Of a stretch of 64,000 nucleotides of DNA, positions 36,510 to 46,157 are shown piece by piece. A program made the translations under genes and the position numbers. The stretch covers positions 35,315-99,314 of the forward strand of contig JAEEJN010000089.1 of NCBI GenBank assembly GCA_016281935.1, read 5' to 3'. The notes below the pieces were generated by a model. It had not been told where the DNA came from. It was given only the letters and a program-made list of their open reading frames with translations, and searched no databases. This DNA is from Bacillota bacterium. Its GTDB lineage: Bacteria; Bacillota; Clostridia; Christensenellales; UMGS416. Within the stretch, counting starts at the first letter, position 1. Every line of letters starts with the position of its first letter.

Positions 36510-37328
36510 GTGGAAATAGGATACTGTGTCAATATGGTGGCATCCGAGTTTGACCGTACCGGTATCGGGATGGATATGGCTGCCGCCGTGTACGATGAGA
36601 TGTATGATTATGCTGAGCTCCCGCTTGCACAGATGATGGCACTGTCCGACAGCGATTTCCGGCGTGACGTGCTTGAGTTTGTTCGGGATCGGGGCATACG
36701 GGTTGCGGCATGCAACAATTTCGCGCCGGCAAGTCTCAGGCTTACCGGACCGGATGCACAGCCGAACGAGGCCGCGGATTATGCTGTGCGTGCTTTGGAC
36801 CGCGCCGCTGCGTTAGGAGCGGATACCATCGTTTTCGGGTCTTCCGGTGCCAGAAACAGTCCGGCTTTTTTCCCGAAGGAAAGAGCAATCGATCAGCTGG
36901 CTTTCTTTCTTCATTATCTCGGTGAGGAAGCTGAAAAGAGAAAACTCTGCATTGCGATAGAACCTTTGAACAGGGGAGAGAGCAACCTTGTCAATACTCT
37001 GGAGGAAGGTTTTCAGCTGATGAGCGCAGCAGACCATCCTTCTGTCGGAGTGCTTGCAGACAGTTATCATTTCCTCCTTGGGAGAGAAGATTTCACAAGC
37101 CTGAAAGATCGGGCATCTCAACTGAAACATGTGCACTTGGCACAGCCTCTGGGCAGGAGCCTTCCTTTGGAACCGGAGGAACTGTTTGATGGATTTATGG
37201 AAGCATTGCAGTCCGGAGGATATGACGGACGCATGTCTATCGAAGCTTATTGTCAGGGTTCGTTCAGGGAACTGGCCGGCAGGGCCAGAAACCGCCTGAT
37301 GGACGAATGGAACAGGAGAATGATATGA
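36510..37328 (+). CDS. Sugar phosphate isomerase/epimerase (xylose-isomerase-like TIM barrel)
   Basis: IVFGS.GAR, IEPLN..E, AD.YH, HVHLA, SIE metal motifs. GTG 36510 chosen because of GGAGG spacing and because the track ATG lies in a putative -10 box. Confidence 0.8.
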   Translation: MEIGYCVNMVASEFDRTGIGMDMAAAVYDEMYDYAELPLAQMMALSDSDFRRDVLEFVRDRGIRVAACNNFAPASLRLTGPDAQPNEAADYAVRALDRAAALGADTIVFGSSGARNSPAFFPKERAIDQLAFFLHYLGEEAEKRKLCIAIEPLNRGESNLVNTLEEGFQLMSAADHPSVGVLADSYHFLLGREDFTSLKDRASQLKHVHLAQPLGRSLPLEPEELFDGFMEALQSGGYDGRMSIEAYCQGSFRELAGRARNRLMDEWNRRMI

Positions 37329-38071
37329 GAGATTATGAAAAAGAGACTTCCGCGAGGATCGCTTTTATCAAAGAAAGGCTAGCGGATGCCCATGCTGACG
37401 GAATCATCTATGGAAACAGCGGCGGCAAAGACTGCACACTGGTCGGTATACTGTGCAAGATGGCCTGCGATAATACCGTAGGCGTCGTCATGCCCTGCCA
37501 GAGCAGCCGGAATTATGGGTCTGACATGCAGGATGCTTTTACAGCTGCAGCTCAATACGGCATTGAAACACTGACGGTCGATCTGAGCGCGGTCAAGGAA
37601 CAGTTTATGACGGCACTTGGTGAAGCGGGGACCATTACGGATGCAGCCTCGTCCAATATCAACCCCCGCCTGCGTATGACGACACTGTATGCTCTTGGCC
37701 AGTCACGGAATGCGCTTGTTGCCGGTACGGGCAACCGTAGTGAACGCTACATGGGCTACTTCACTAAATGGGGAGACGGAGCATGTGATTTCAATCCCAT
37801 TGCAGATCTTACTGTGGAAGAGATCTATGAGTATCTGGCCTATTTCGATGCTCCTCTTTCGATTCGGACAAAAGCTCCTTCTGCGGGCCTGTATGAAGGC
37901 CAGACGGACGAAGATCAGATGGGAGTCAGTTATCAGGCAATCGATGATATGCTTTTGAGAGGAATCAGAAATGAAGGTTCCGAGGGTATCATTGAACGCG
38001 CTCATCGTGTGACCGCGCATAAAAGACGCCCGATTCCGTTGTATGCTGATCCTGACGGAGAGAAAGAATGA
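37325..38071 (+). CDS. nadE: NH3-dependent NAD+ synthetase
   Basis: SGGKD, N..PRLRM, GTGN.SE..GYFTKWGDG, PSAGL.EGQTDE; no glutaminase domain. Confidence 0.92.
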   Translation: MRDYEKETSARIAFIKERLADAHADGIIYGNSGGKDCTLVGILCKMACDNTVGVVMPCQSSRNYGSDMQDAFTAAAQYGIETLTVDLSAVKEQFMTALGEAGTITDAASSNINPRLRMTTLYALGQSRNALVAGTGNRSERYMGYFTKWGDGACDFNPIADLTVEEIYEYLAYFDAPLSIRTKAPSAGLYEGQTDEDQMGVSYQAIDDMLLRGIRNEGSEGIIERAHRVTAHKRRPIPLYADPDGEKE

Positions 38072-38409
38072 ACATTCAGATCTTTGGGAGAAGCAAGTCT
38101 TTCGATACGCAGAAAGCACAGCGCTACTTTAAGGAACGTCGAATCCGTTTCCAGTATATTGATCTGAAAGAAAAGGCTATGTCCGCGGGTGAACTGCGTT
38201 CCGTTCGCGCGGCGGTCGGTGACCTGAATCTTCTCATAGACGACAAAGCAAAAAACTCGGAAGATTCCTGGATGCTGTATCTCGGTGATCCCAGGTCGAT
38301 TGAAGACAAGCTGCTTGAACATCAGGAGTTCCTGAAGGTGCCGATCGTCCGTAACGGGCGGCAGGCTACAGTAGGATACTGTCCGGAGGTTTGGAAGACA
38401 TGGGAGTAA
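38068..38409 (+). CDS. ArsC/Spx-family protein
   Basis: NIQIFG..K.FDT.KA.RYFKER.I and PIVRNG..ATVG. Confidence 0.75.
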   Translation: MNIQIFGRSKSFDTQKAQRYFKERRIRFQYIDLKEKAMSAGELRSVRAAVGDLNLLIDDKAKNSEDSWMLYLGDPRSIEDKLLEHQEFLKVPIVRNGRQATVGYCPEVWKTWE

Positions 38410-39167
38410 AAAGAATCTTTTCCTGGAATGTGAACGGACTCCGTGCCTGTATGAACAAGGGATTCATGGAGTTCCTGAAAAACAGTGATGCGGACTGCGT
38501 ATGCCTTCAGGAAACAAAAATGCAGCCTGAGCAGGCTGCCTGGGACTGGGATGAATACACAGCTCACTGGTTCAGCGCTGAAAGAAAAGGATATTCCGGT
38601 ACGGCGCTTCTGGAAAGAATCGCCCCGGTCATGATAACGACGGGATTTCCTCAGGATTATACGGATCATCCTCAGGAAGGCAGGATCATCACGGCAGAGT
38701 ATCCGGATTTTTATCTTGTCTGTGCCTATGTTCCGAACGCACAGGAAGGACTGGCCCGCCTGCCGTACAGACTCCACTTCGAAGAAGATCTGAGACGATA
38801 TCTCCACGTGCTCGACCAGACAAAGCCGGTCATTTACTGCGGAGATTTGAACGTTGCTTTCCAGCCGATCGATCTTTCGCATCCTGAAGCAAATCGGGGC
38901 AATCCCGGCTATTCAGATGAGGAACGTGCTGAGATGGGAAAACTCCAGGATTCCGGATTCGCAGATGTGTTCCGTGAATTGTATCCGGACAGGAAGGAAG
39001 CCTATACCTGGTGGAGTTACCGTATGCGGGCAAGAGAGCGGAACGTGGGATGGAGGATCGATTACTTTCTTGTGTCCCGAAGGTTCATGGACAGGATCCA
39101 GGACTGTGTGATTCATGATGAGGTCATGGGTTCCGATCATTGTCCGATAGAACTTATCCTGAAATAG
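38400..39167 (+). CDS. xth: Exodeoxyribonuclease III (AP endonuclease)
   Basis: SWNVNGLRA, CLQETK, Y.PN, GDLNVA, YTWWSYR, GWRIDYF, SDHCP. Confidence 0.94.
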   Translation: MGVKRIFSWNVNGLRACMNKGFMEFLKNSDADCVCLQETKMQPEQAAWDWDEYTAHWFSAERKGYSGTALLERIAPVMITTGFPQDYTDHPQEGRIITAEYPDFYLVCAYVPNAQEGLARLPYRLHFEEDLRRYLHVLDQTKPVIYCGDLNVAFQPIDLSHPEANRGNPGYSDEERAEMGKLQDSGFADVFRELYPDRKEAYTWWSYRMRARERNVGWRIDYFLVSRRFMDRIQDCVIHDEVMGSDHCPIELILK

Positions 39168-39181
39168 CGATCAATGAACAA

Positions 39182-39211
39182 CGGCGGTACGGCCTGATGG
39201 CTGTACCGCCG
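39182..39211. terminator. GC-rich hairpin between convergent xth and cyclophilin
   Basis: CGGCGGTACGGCC-tgat-GGCTGTACCGCCG. Confidence 0.6.
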
Positions 39212-39263
39212 ATTCTGTTGTTGAAAAAACGATATACCGTTCTGCGTGATATCGGTGATTTGG

Positions 39264-39824
39264 TTACCTGATCTTCACTGAAACGATGACCGGCTGATAT
39301 TCCGGGGGAACTGTACCGTTTTTGTCGATGACAGGCGTATTGGCTGCGATGGCATCCACGATCTCGATTCCGGAAGTCACATGCCCGAAGGCGGCATACT
39401 GTCCATCAAGGAATACAGAATCCTGATGTACGATGAAGAACTGACTGCTCGCGCTGTCATAACTGATGTTGTTGCGTGCCATTGAGATCACGCCGCGGGT
39501 ATGCGATATGGGATTCTTCACACCGTTGACGGCAAACTCTCCCTTGATAGTTTCGGAAGAACCGCCTCTCCCGGTTCCGGTGGGATCGCCGCCCTGGATC
39601 ATGAACCCATAGATCACGCGATGAAAAGTCAGTCCGTCATAGAATCCGGATTTAGCGAGTTTGACGAAATTATCCACCGTTTTGGGCGCGGCGGATCTGT
39701 CCAGTTCCACCGTAATGATGCCGTAGCCCTGCACTTCGATCTCCGCAACGGGATTCTTTTTGGAACAGGCGGGCAGAACCAGACACAGAAAAGCAAGAAT
39801 CAGAACGATTGCTGTTTTTTTCAT
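39264..39824 (-). CDS. Cyclophilin-type peptidyl-prolyl isomerase, lipoprotein
   Basis: Signal and lipobox LPAC, AP.TV.NF, FHRVI.GFMIQGGDP, SMAR, SQFFI, YAAFG.V. Confidence 0.9.
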   Translation of the reverse strand: MKKTAIVLILAFLCLVLPACSKKNPVAEIEVQGYGIITVELDRSAAPKTVDNFVKLAKSGFYDGLTFHRVIYGFMIQGGDPTGTGRGGSSETIKGEFAVNGVKNPISHTRGVISMARNNISYDSASSQFFIVHQDSVFLDGQYAAFGHVTSGIEIVDAIAANTPVIDKNGTVPPEYQPVIVSVKIR

Positions 39825-39826
39825 TT

Positions 39827-41200
39827 TCAAACCTCCTGAGTGTTGAGTCCGGAACCGCCGGAAATGCCTTTGCTTTTCCGAACCATGAGATAACTGATCA
39901 GATGACCGGCGGCAGCAAGAGACCATGAGGCGGGATAGCAGCCATACAGGACCCGGATCGTGGGATACCAGGCGAAGACGGTATACAGCCAGATGATGCG
40001 GAACACGCAGCAGCCCACAAGCGTGATCAGCATGGGAGCGATGGAATAGCCCATGCCTCTCATGACGCCGGGAACGGTGTTCATGATGCCGCAGGTGAAG
40101 TAGACGATCATCATAACGTTGACTTTTATGACTCCCAACTCTATGACTTCGGGGTCACTGGTATAGATGGACAGAAGCGGACGGGAGAACAGCATCATGG
40201 CGCCGCCCAACAGGATCCAGGTGATAAAGACAAAGACCAGATCCACTTTCACGATCGAATCCACCCTCTTCGGGTTACCGGCTCCTATGTTCTGACCGGT
40301 GAAAGTGATTGCAGCATTGTAATAAGCATTCATGGTCGTTCCCACCATGCCTTCCAGATTGCTGGCTGCGGAAGAAGCTGCCACAAGAGTGGAGCCGAAA
40401 GAATTGACAGCGGACTGGATGAGGACGTTGGAGATTGAGAACAGTGTTCCCTGCATGCCTGCGGGAAGCCCGATCCGAACAAGGCTCTTGAGCTTCTCAG
40501 GATCCAGCTGCATCTTTTTCCAGAAGAACCGGATACAGCCGTCCGAGTGAAGCAGACAGAGCATGAGCAGGACGACAGAGAGATACTGAGATACAACTGT
40601 GGCGATTGCAACTCCCGCAACGCTCATCCGGAACGCGATTACGAAAATGAGATTCAGGATGACATTGACGATTCCGCTGATGATCAGATAATACATCGGA
40701 CGCTTGGAATCGCCTACAGCTCTCAGGACTGCGGCCCCGAAATTGTATACCATGTTTGCAGGCATTCCGAGAAAATAGATTCTCATATATAGAGCTGAAA
40801 GGTCAAGAATGTTGTCGGGCGTTCCCATCAGAGAAAGAAGAGGACGGCAGAAAATGATGCCTACTGCACCGACGAACAGACCGCCAAGTATGGAAACGGT
40901 TATAGAAGTGTGAACAGATCGGGACACGTCGGCGGGCCGGTCTGCACCGTAATCCTGAGCGACGATGACACTCGTACCGACAGACAATCCCATGAATAGA
41001 TTAACGAGCAGATTGATGAGAGCCCCGGTCGCTCCGACCGCTCCCAGTGCGTTGCTGCCTGCGTATCTTCCGACTACGACCATGTCTGCAGCATTGAACA
41101 GCAGCTGGAGAAGATTCATGGCCATAATGGGCAGAGCGAATATGAGCATGTTCTTCAGCAGCGGCCCATGAATCATATCGATATCGGAATGCCTTTTCAT
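39827..41200 (-). CDS. MATE-family efflux transporter
   Basis: About 12 TM helices; FALP....LQ.LFN.AD, LRA.GDS..P, N..LN, GVA.AT. Confidence 0.9.
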   Translation of the reverse strand: MKRHSDIDMIHGPLLKNMLIFALPIMAMNLLQLLFNAADMVVVGRYAGSNALGAVGATGALINLLVNLFMGLSVGTSVIVAQDYGADRPADVSRSVHTSITVSILGGLFVGAVGIIFCRPLLSLMGTPDNILDLSALYMRIYFLGMPANMVYNFGAAVLRAVGDSKRPMYYLIISGIVNVILNLIFVIAFRMSVAGVAIATVVSQYLSVVLLMLCLLHSDGCIRFFWKKMQLDPEKLKSLVRIGLPAGMQGTLFSISNVLIQSAVNSFGSTLVAASSAASNLEGMVGTTMNAYYNAAITFTGQNIGAGNPKRVDSIVKVDLVFVFITWILLGGAMMLFSRPLLSIYTSDPEVIELGVIKVNVMMIVYFTCGIMNTVPGVMRGMGYSIAPMLITLVGCCVFRIIWLYTVFAWYPTIRVLYGCYPASWSLAAAGHLISYLMVRKSKGISGGSGLNTQEV

Positions 41201-41390
41201 TGGAACCTCTCTCCGTAAGACTCACTGTAACGATACTATTATATCAGAACTCTATCGGTCCGTATGTTGTGGGAATACACGAAATTTGACTGGCGATACT
41301 GATGCGGAAAACAGGCTGAAATCGTTCTCAGAGGACTTTGCCCCTAAGCTCTGCATAGCCTGTCGCGTCCGGAAGAGAGGTTTTTTGCAA

Positions 41391-41439
41391 AAGAGAACGT
41401 CCCTGCATCCATCAGTAATCTGACGGATGCGGAGACGTG
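41391..41439 (-). terminator. Terminator after the NUDIX gene
   Basis: Long imperfect stem ACGTCTCCGCATCCGTCAG/CTGATGGATGCAGGGACGT followed by TCTCTT on the minus strand. Confidence 0.55.
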
Positions 41440-41471
41440 CCAGAATGCGCAGCGTGCATGAGATGCAAGGG

Positions 41472-42002
41472 TCAGGAGCAGAGCAAGCTGTGTGCCATGA
41501 GGATCGCAGTCACGGTCTTGCTGTCTTGAAGCTCACCGTTCATGACCCGCCTGAACAGCTGTTCCAGAGGCTGCACTTCCACGGATACCCATTCGTCTTC
41601 GTCCGGATGGGCTGTTCCGCGGTGAAGTCCGGTCGCAAGATAGATGTGAACAATCTCCTGATCGTATGCAGCGGCAGGATACTGACTGACCAGATGTTTC
41701 CAGTTGTTCGCACTGAGTCCGGTCTCTTCTTCCAGTTCCCGCTTTGCAGCTTCGAGAGGATCTTCTCCGGGTTCCAGCTTGCCTGCGGGAATCTCCAGAG
41801 TATCTCTTCCTATCGCAATGCGGTCCTGGCGAACCAGATAGACGTTCCCTTCTTCGTCAACAGGGATGCAGGCGGAAGCGCCTGGGTGCAGAAGAACCTC
41901 ATAGACTCCCTGTTTTCCGTCCGGTTTTTCGATCAGCCAGTGTTCTAGTGTGACGACTTTCCCGTCAAACCGGCGGGTTTTATGTAAAACTTTTTCTCGC
42001 AT
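41472..42002 (-). CDS. NUDIX hydrolase (ADP-ribose pyrophosphatase-like)
   Basis: HPGA, EIPAGK.E.GE....AAKRELEEETG Nudix box, D.DE, DSKT. Confidence 0.88.
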   Translation of the reverse strand: MREKVLHKTRRFDGKVVTLEHWLIEKPDGKQGVYEVLLHPGASACIPVDEEGNVYLVRQDRIAIGRDTLEIPAGKLEPGEDPLEAAKRELEEETGLSANNWKHLVSQYPAAAYDQEIVHIYLATGLHRGTAHPDEDEWVSVEVQPLEQLFRRVMNGELQDSKTVTAILMAHSLLCS

Positions 42003-42144
42003 GTGCCCCTCCTGTTTCCAAATCAGTATAGCACGCAAAGACGGTTCATGGAAGCCCGAAAGCGTTTGCATTTATGCAGGGTATAATGATATAATAACGT
42101 AACAATAACCAACTCTTGTCTGAAAGAGAATCAAGGAGAACTGA

Positions 42145-44460
42145 ATGGACGATATTCGTGTGACACTGCCTGTCATCGCTCTGCGCGGAGTGGTGGCTTT
42201 TCCGCAGCTGCCTACGATGCTCGATATTGCCAGAGAACGTTCGGCCACAGCGCTGAAATTGGCGATGGAAATGGACCGTAAGGTCATTCTTGTGATGCAG
42301 AAACATATCGAAGTCGAAGAACCTCAGTCTTCGGATCTTCATACGATCGGCGTCACTGCACGTATCCTTCAGTTGGTGCACCCGCAGGGAGAAAACCTTC
42401 GCCTGATGGTGGAAGGAGAGGCTCGCGTGCGCCTGCTGTCCGTTTTCGAGAAAGACGGGAGCCTGTGGGCCGAAGCGGAATTCATAGGGCAGCTCATCCC
42501 GAATCCGGAGGATCCGGAATGCCAGGCCCACGTACGGCTGCTCACGGAGGCTTTTGAGACCTATGCGCAGATTTCCGGACGGCTGTCTCCGGAAATCGTT
42601 CTGTCTGCGATCGCTCAGCCGACACCCGCCCGCCTTACCGACTATCTTGCTTTCCATGCACTTCAGGATCCTGAAAAACGTCAGCAGGTCCTTTCGTGTG
42701 CTGATCTGTACAGACGCATGGAACTGACGCTGTCTCTGATCCGTGATGAGACCGAAATCCTCCGTGAAGAGAATCTGATCCAGGATCAGGTGCGTGAAGA
42801 ATTCGGGGAAAGACAGCGGGAGCAGTATCTGCGCGAGCAGATCCGTCAGATCCAGATCGAACTCGGGGACGACGACATGGCGGAACTGGAGGCTTACCGG
42901 GAGAAGATCGAAGCCTCCCCCATGAATGAGGAAGCGAAGGAAAAAGCTGAGCGTGAACTGCACAGACTGGAACGCATGCCTGCCAACATGCCGGAGTCGA
43001 CCGTGCTCACAACGTGGCTGGACTGGATTCTGGATGTGCCCTGGGGGAAAATGACGGAAGATGATCTGGACCTCTCCCACGTGGAACGCATTCTGAACGA
43101 GGATCATTATGGCCTGGAAAAAGTCAAGGAGAGGATCCTTGAGTATCTGGCGGCCAAACGTCTGTCCAACAACCAGCTCGGATCGATCCTCTGTCTTGTC
43201 GGTCCTCCCGGAGTAGGAAAGACTTCCGTAGCTCGCTCTGTAGCAAGGGCGATGGGGCGGGAGTTTGTACGGGTTTCACTCGGCGGTCTGAGAGATGAAG
43301 CTGAGATCCGCGGGCACAGACGCACCTATGTAGGGGCTATTCCCGGATGTGTCATTTCTTCCCTGAAAAAAGCCGGGACGATGAATCCCGTGTTTCTGTT
43401 CGATGAACTGGACAAGATGAGCCATGATTTCCGGGGCGATCCTGCGTCGGCCATGCTTGAAGTCCTGGACGGTGAACAGAATGTAGCCTTCAGAGATCTG
43501 TATCTGGATGTGCCTGTAGACCTGAGCCATGTGATGTTCCTGGCTACGGCAAACAATCTGGAGGGAATTCCCGAACCGCTTCGCGACCGCATGGAGATCA
43601 TCGAACTGGATGGTTATACCCAGCTTGAGAAAGCAGCGATCGGCAAACGGCATCTGTTCCCGAAACAGCGCAAACTGCAGGGCATTGAACCATCTCAACT
43701 GCGCCTTACCGATGCTGTCTATCCTCTGATCATCGACGGATATACGAGGGAAGCCGGCGTGCGTTCTCTGGAACGTCAGATCGGAAAGATCTGCAGACGG
43801 GCCGCGAAGAAGATCGTCGATATGGGAGAAGACCGCAAACGGATCGTAGTCGGTCGAAAGAACCTGGAAGAGTATCTTGGACCTGTACGTTTCAGGAGAG
43901 AACCCGAGAGTACCAAGGACCTCATTGGTGTGGCTCATGGGCTCGCATGGACAAGCGTCGGAGGGGAGACTCTTGTGGTCGAAGTGTCTACGATGCCCGG
44001 TTCCGGAAAACTTGAACTTACGGGACAGCTGGGTGAAGTGATGAGAGAATCCGCTATGGCTGCCCTGTCTGGGATCCGTTCGCGTCAGGAACAGCTGTGT
44101 CTGCCGGAGGACTTCCATAAGAAACTGGATATCCATGTGCATGTACCTGAAGGCGCAGTGCCGAAGGATGGCCCCTCCGCAGGTATTACAATGGCGACAG
44201 CCATGGTGTCAGCTCTGACCGGGAAGCCTGTACGAGGCGATCTGGCTATGACGGGAGAGATCACCCTGCGGGGAAGGGTTTTGCCCATCGGAGGTCTCAA
44301 GGAAAAATCCATGGCAGCATACCGTGAAGGGATGAAACAGGTTCTTATTCCCAAAGGCAATATACCGGATCTGGAAGAGGTAGCCCCAGAAATCAAGGAA
44401 GGACTGGTGTTCACTCCGGTCTCTACCTTGGATGAAGTGCTTTCCATTGCACTTAGATGA
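42145..44460 (+). CDS. lon: ATP-dependent Lon protease
   Basis: LON N-domain, [22 protein letters not shown] catalytic serine, IGGLKEK. Confidence 0.96.
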   Translation: MDDIRVTLPVIALRGVVAFPQLPTMLDIARERSATALKLAMEMDRKVILVMQKHIEVEEPQSSDLHTIGVTARILQLVHPQGENLRLMVEGEARVRLLSVFEKDGSLWAEAEFIGQLIPNPEDPECQAHVRLLTEAFETYAQISGRLSPEIVLSAIAQPTPARLTDYLAFHALQDPEKRQQVLSCADLYRRMELTLSLIRDETEILREENLIQDQVREEFGERQREQYLREQIRQIQIELGDDDMAELEAYREKIEASPMNEEAKEKAERELHRLERMPANMPESTVLTTWLDWILDVPWGKMTEDDLDLSHVERILNEDHYGLEKVKERILEYLAAKRLSNNQLGSILCLVGPPGVGKTSVARSVARAMGREFVRVSLGGLRDEAEIRGHRRTYVGAIPGCVISSLKKAGTMNPVFLFDELDKMSHDFRGDPASAMLEVLDGEQNVAFRDLYLDVPVDLSHVMFLATANNLEGIPEPLRDRMEIIELDGYTQLEKAAIGKRHLFPKQRKLQGIEPSQLRLTDAVYPLIIDGYTREAGVRSLERQIGKICRRAAKKIVDMGEDRKRIVVGRKNLEEYLGPVRFRREPESTKDLIGVAHGLAWTSVGGETLVVEVSTMPGSGKLELTGQLGEVMRESAMAALSGIRSRQEQLCLPEDFHKKLDIHVHVPEGAVPKDGPSAGITMATAMVSALTGKPVRGDLAMTGEITLRGRVLPIGGLKEKSMAAYREGMKQVLIPKGNIPDLEEVAPEIKEGLVFTPVSTLDEVLSIALR

Positions 44461-44462
44461 AA

Positions 44463-44496
44463 AAAGGGCTCCGTTCTTCGGAGCCCTTTCCGTTTT
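44463..44496 (+). terminator. Hairpin/partial terminator between lon and yihA
   Basis: AAAGGGCTCCG-ttctt-CGGAGCCCTTT followed by CCGTTTT. Confidence 0.55.
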
Positions 44497-44515
44497 GTTT
44501 GAAAAGGAGTTAATT

Positions 44516-45130
44516 GTGGCTTTTGAGATCAAAAAGGCGGAGTTTGTGACGTCCGCTGCAGACCCGGCAAAACTGAAAATCCCATGTCTTCCCGAGATTG
44601 CTCTGGTCGGCCGCTCAAATGTGGGAAAATCTTCTCTTATCAATGCACTGTGCCGGAATTCACATCTTGCAAAAGTGTCTTCGACTCCGGGCAAGACCAG
44701 ACTCGTGAATTATTTCCGCATCAATGAGTCGTTCTACCTTGTGGATCTTCCGGGTTACGGATATGCAAAGGTGTCCAGAGACGAACAGACTTCCTGGGGG
44801 CCTATGATTGAAGAATATTTGACGAATTCCAAGTCCTTGAAAGCTCTGTTCCTGCTGATGGATATCCGTCGTGAGCCCAGTCAGGACGATCTGCAGATGG
44901 CCTATTATCTTCAGCATTATGCGATCCCCTGCGTGATCGTGGCCACTAAGGCTGATCAGATCACCAGGTCTCAGCGGAAACTGTCATCTGCCAGACTGTC
45001 GGATTCACTCGGCATGACCTTTCGAACACCCACTGTCGTATTCTCGACAAAAGAATCCCGCTGCCGGGACGATCTTCTGGAAGCAGTGAGGAAAACACTT
45101 GAGGAAGGCTGGACGGTCGGTGAATCCTGA
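44516..45130 (+). CDS. yihA: Ribosome biogenesis GTPase YihA/YsxC (EngB)
   Basis: GRSNVGKSS, S.TPGKT, DLPGYG, TKAD; GTG start after AAGGAG; usual position after lon. Confidence 0.93.
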   Translation: MAFEIKKAEFVTSAADPAKLKIPCLPEIALVGRSNVGKSSLINALCRNSHLAKVSSTPGKTRLVNYFRINESFYLVDLPGYGYAKVSRDEQTSWGPMIEEYLTNSKSLKALFLLMDIRREPSQDDLQMAYYLQHYAIPCVIVATKADQITRSQRKLSSARLSDSLGMTFRTPTVVFSTKESRCRDDLLEAVRKTLEEGWTVGES

Positions 45131-45203
45131 CCTTCAGGCGCGACAGCAAATGTGAATATGAAACTGTCCGCGATTAACAACTGTATATCAACGGAGGTAT
45201 CAG

Positions 45204-45230
45204 AAAAGGGGACCCGATCGGGTCCCCTTT
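45204..45230. terminator. Bidirectional terminator
   Basis: AAAAGGGGACCC-gatc-GGGTCCCCTTT. Confidence 0.7.
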
Positions 45231-45251
45231 GGGATTATCCTGTTTCAGTCT

Positions 45252-46109
45252 TTATTTATCCCAGTTGGGATCATAGGGAGTCTGCTGCAGGAGCATGCGC
45301 TCGATCACGCCGTCAGCATTGAAGACGAAGTACACGGAACGATAGGCTTCCTTGTCGGTGCCAATCAGATCGTCCTTCTGGTTATCCACGGGATACACAT
45401 ACAGATAAGCTTCTTTGCCGTCAAGAGTGGTCTTCTTGCCGAACGCATCATGCGTATAGGTCTTTTCAGCGAACTGGCCTTTGTAGAAGTAGTCGCCGGA
45501 AGCACCGGTCGTCTCGCAGAAGTTGGCTTCTACGTCGGCTTTGGTGGACTTGCCAATGATCATGCCGCGAGGCAGGACGAAACGATCGTTGTTGTTTTCG
45601 CCGAGAGCGGAAGAGTCATACACATCGATGGATACGCACTTGCCGTCGCCAGCATAGGAAGCATACAGGATATCGGTCAGATCCTTGGTGAAGGAACCGA
45701 GGGTGACACCGGCTTCAACTTCCTTTTCGCTGTATTCGAACTTCATGGTCAGTCCGGCAAGACTCCAGATGCAGATCGTGCGGCCGTATTCGTCAATAGC
45801 ATTCTCCAGATCAGCGATCCAAGCCACGGGCTTCTGCTTCAGCTGAGCGTCAGCCTTAGCGGCTTTCAGGCCGATTTTGAAACCGAGGCCGATGGAATCA
45901 TCGTTCTTGCGGTCAAAATAATCGGGATAATTGGTCGGGATCTTGGTGGCGACAGCCAGAGACTGACCGCCCTGCTGGGCAGGAGCCTGCGTGGCAGCGG
46001 CAGCGCCGGGATCGTCGGTGACGGGAGTACCGGAACCGCTGGAGCAAGCCGTGAACAGGCAAGACGCGGCAAGCAGCAAGCACAGTACTACGATGAGCTT
46101 CTTTTTCAT
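45252..46109 (-). CDS. Hypothetical lipoprotein
   Basis: MKKK plus hydrophobic signal and FTAC lipobox, low-complexity linker, RBS AGGAGG; no family recognised. Confidence 0.72.
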   Translation of the reverse strand: MKKKLIVVLCLLLAASCLFTACSSGSGTPVTDDPGAAAATQAPAQQGGQSLAVATKIPTNYPDYFDRKNDDSIGLGFKIGLKAAKADAQLKQKPVAWIADLENAIDEYGRTICIWSLAGLTMKFEYSEKEVEAGVTLGSFTKDLTDILYASYAGDGKCVSIDVYDSSALGENNNDRFVLPRGMIIGKSTKADVEANFCETTGASGDYFYKGQFAEKTYTHDAFGKKTTLDGKEAYLYVYPVDNQKDDLIGTDKEAYRSVYFVFNADGVIERMLLQQTPYDPNWDK

Positions 46110-46157
46110 TTTCTTACCTCCTGTAAAATCTTACGGCATAGCCGTATGTAGGTCGGT

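Noticed and set aside
41260-41390. Possible small RNA or uORF upstream of the MATE gene
   Set aside because: Only an imperfect ACAGGCT/AGCCTGT stem and a short ORF without RBS, both upstream of the apparent MATE -10 box; not enough support.
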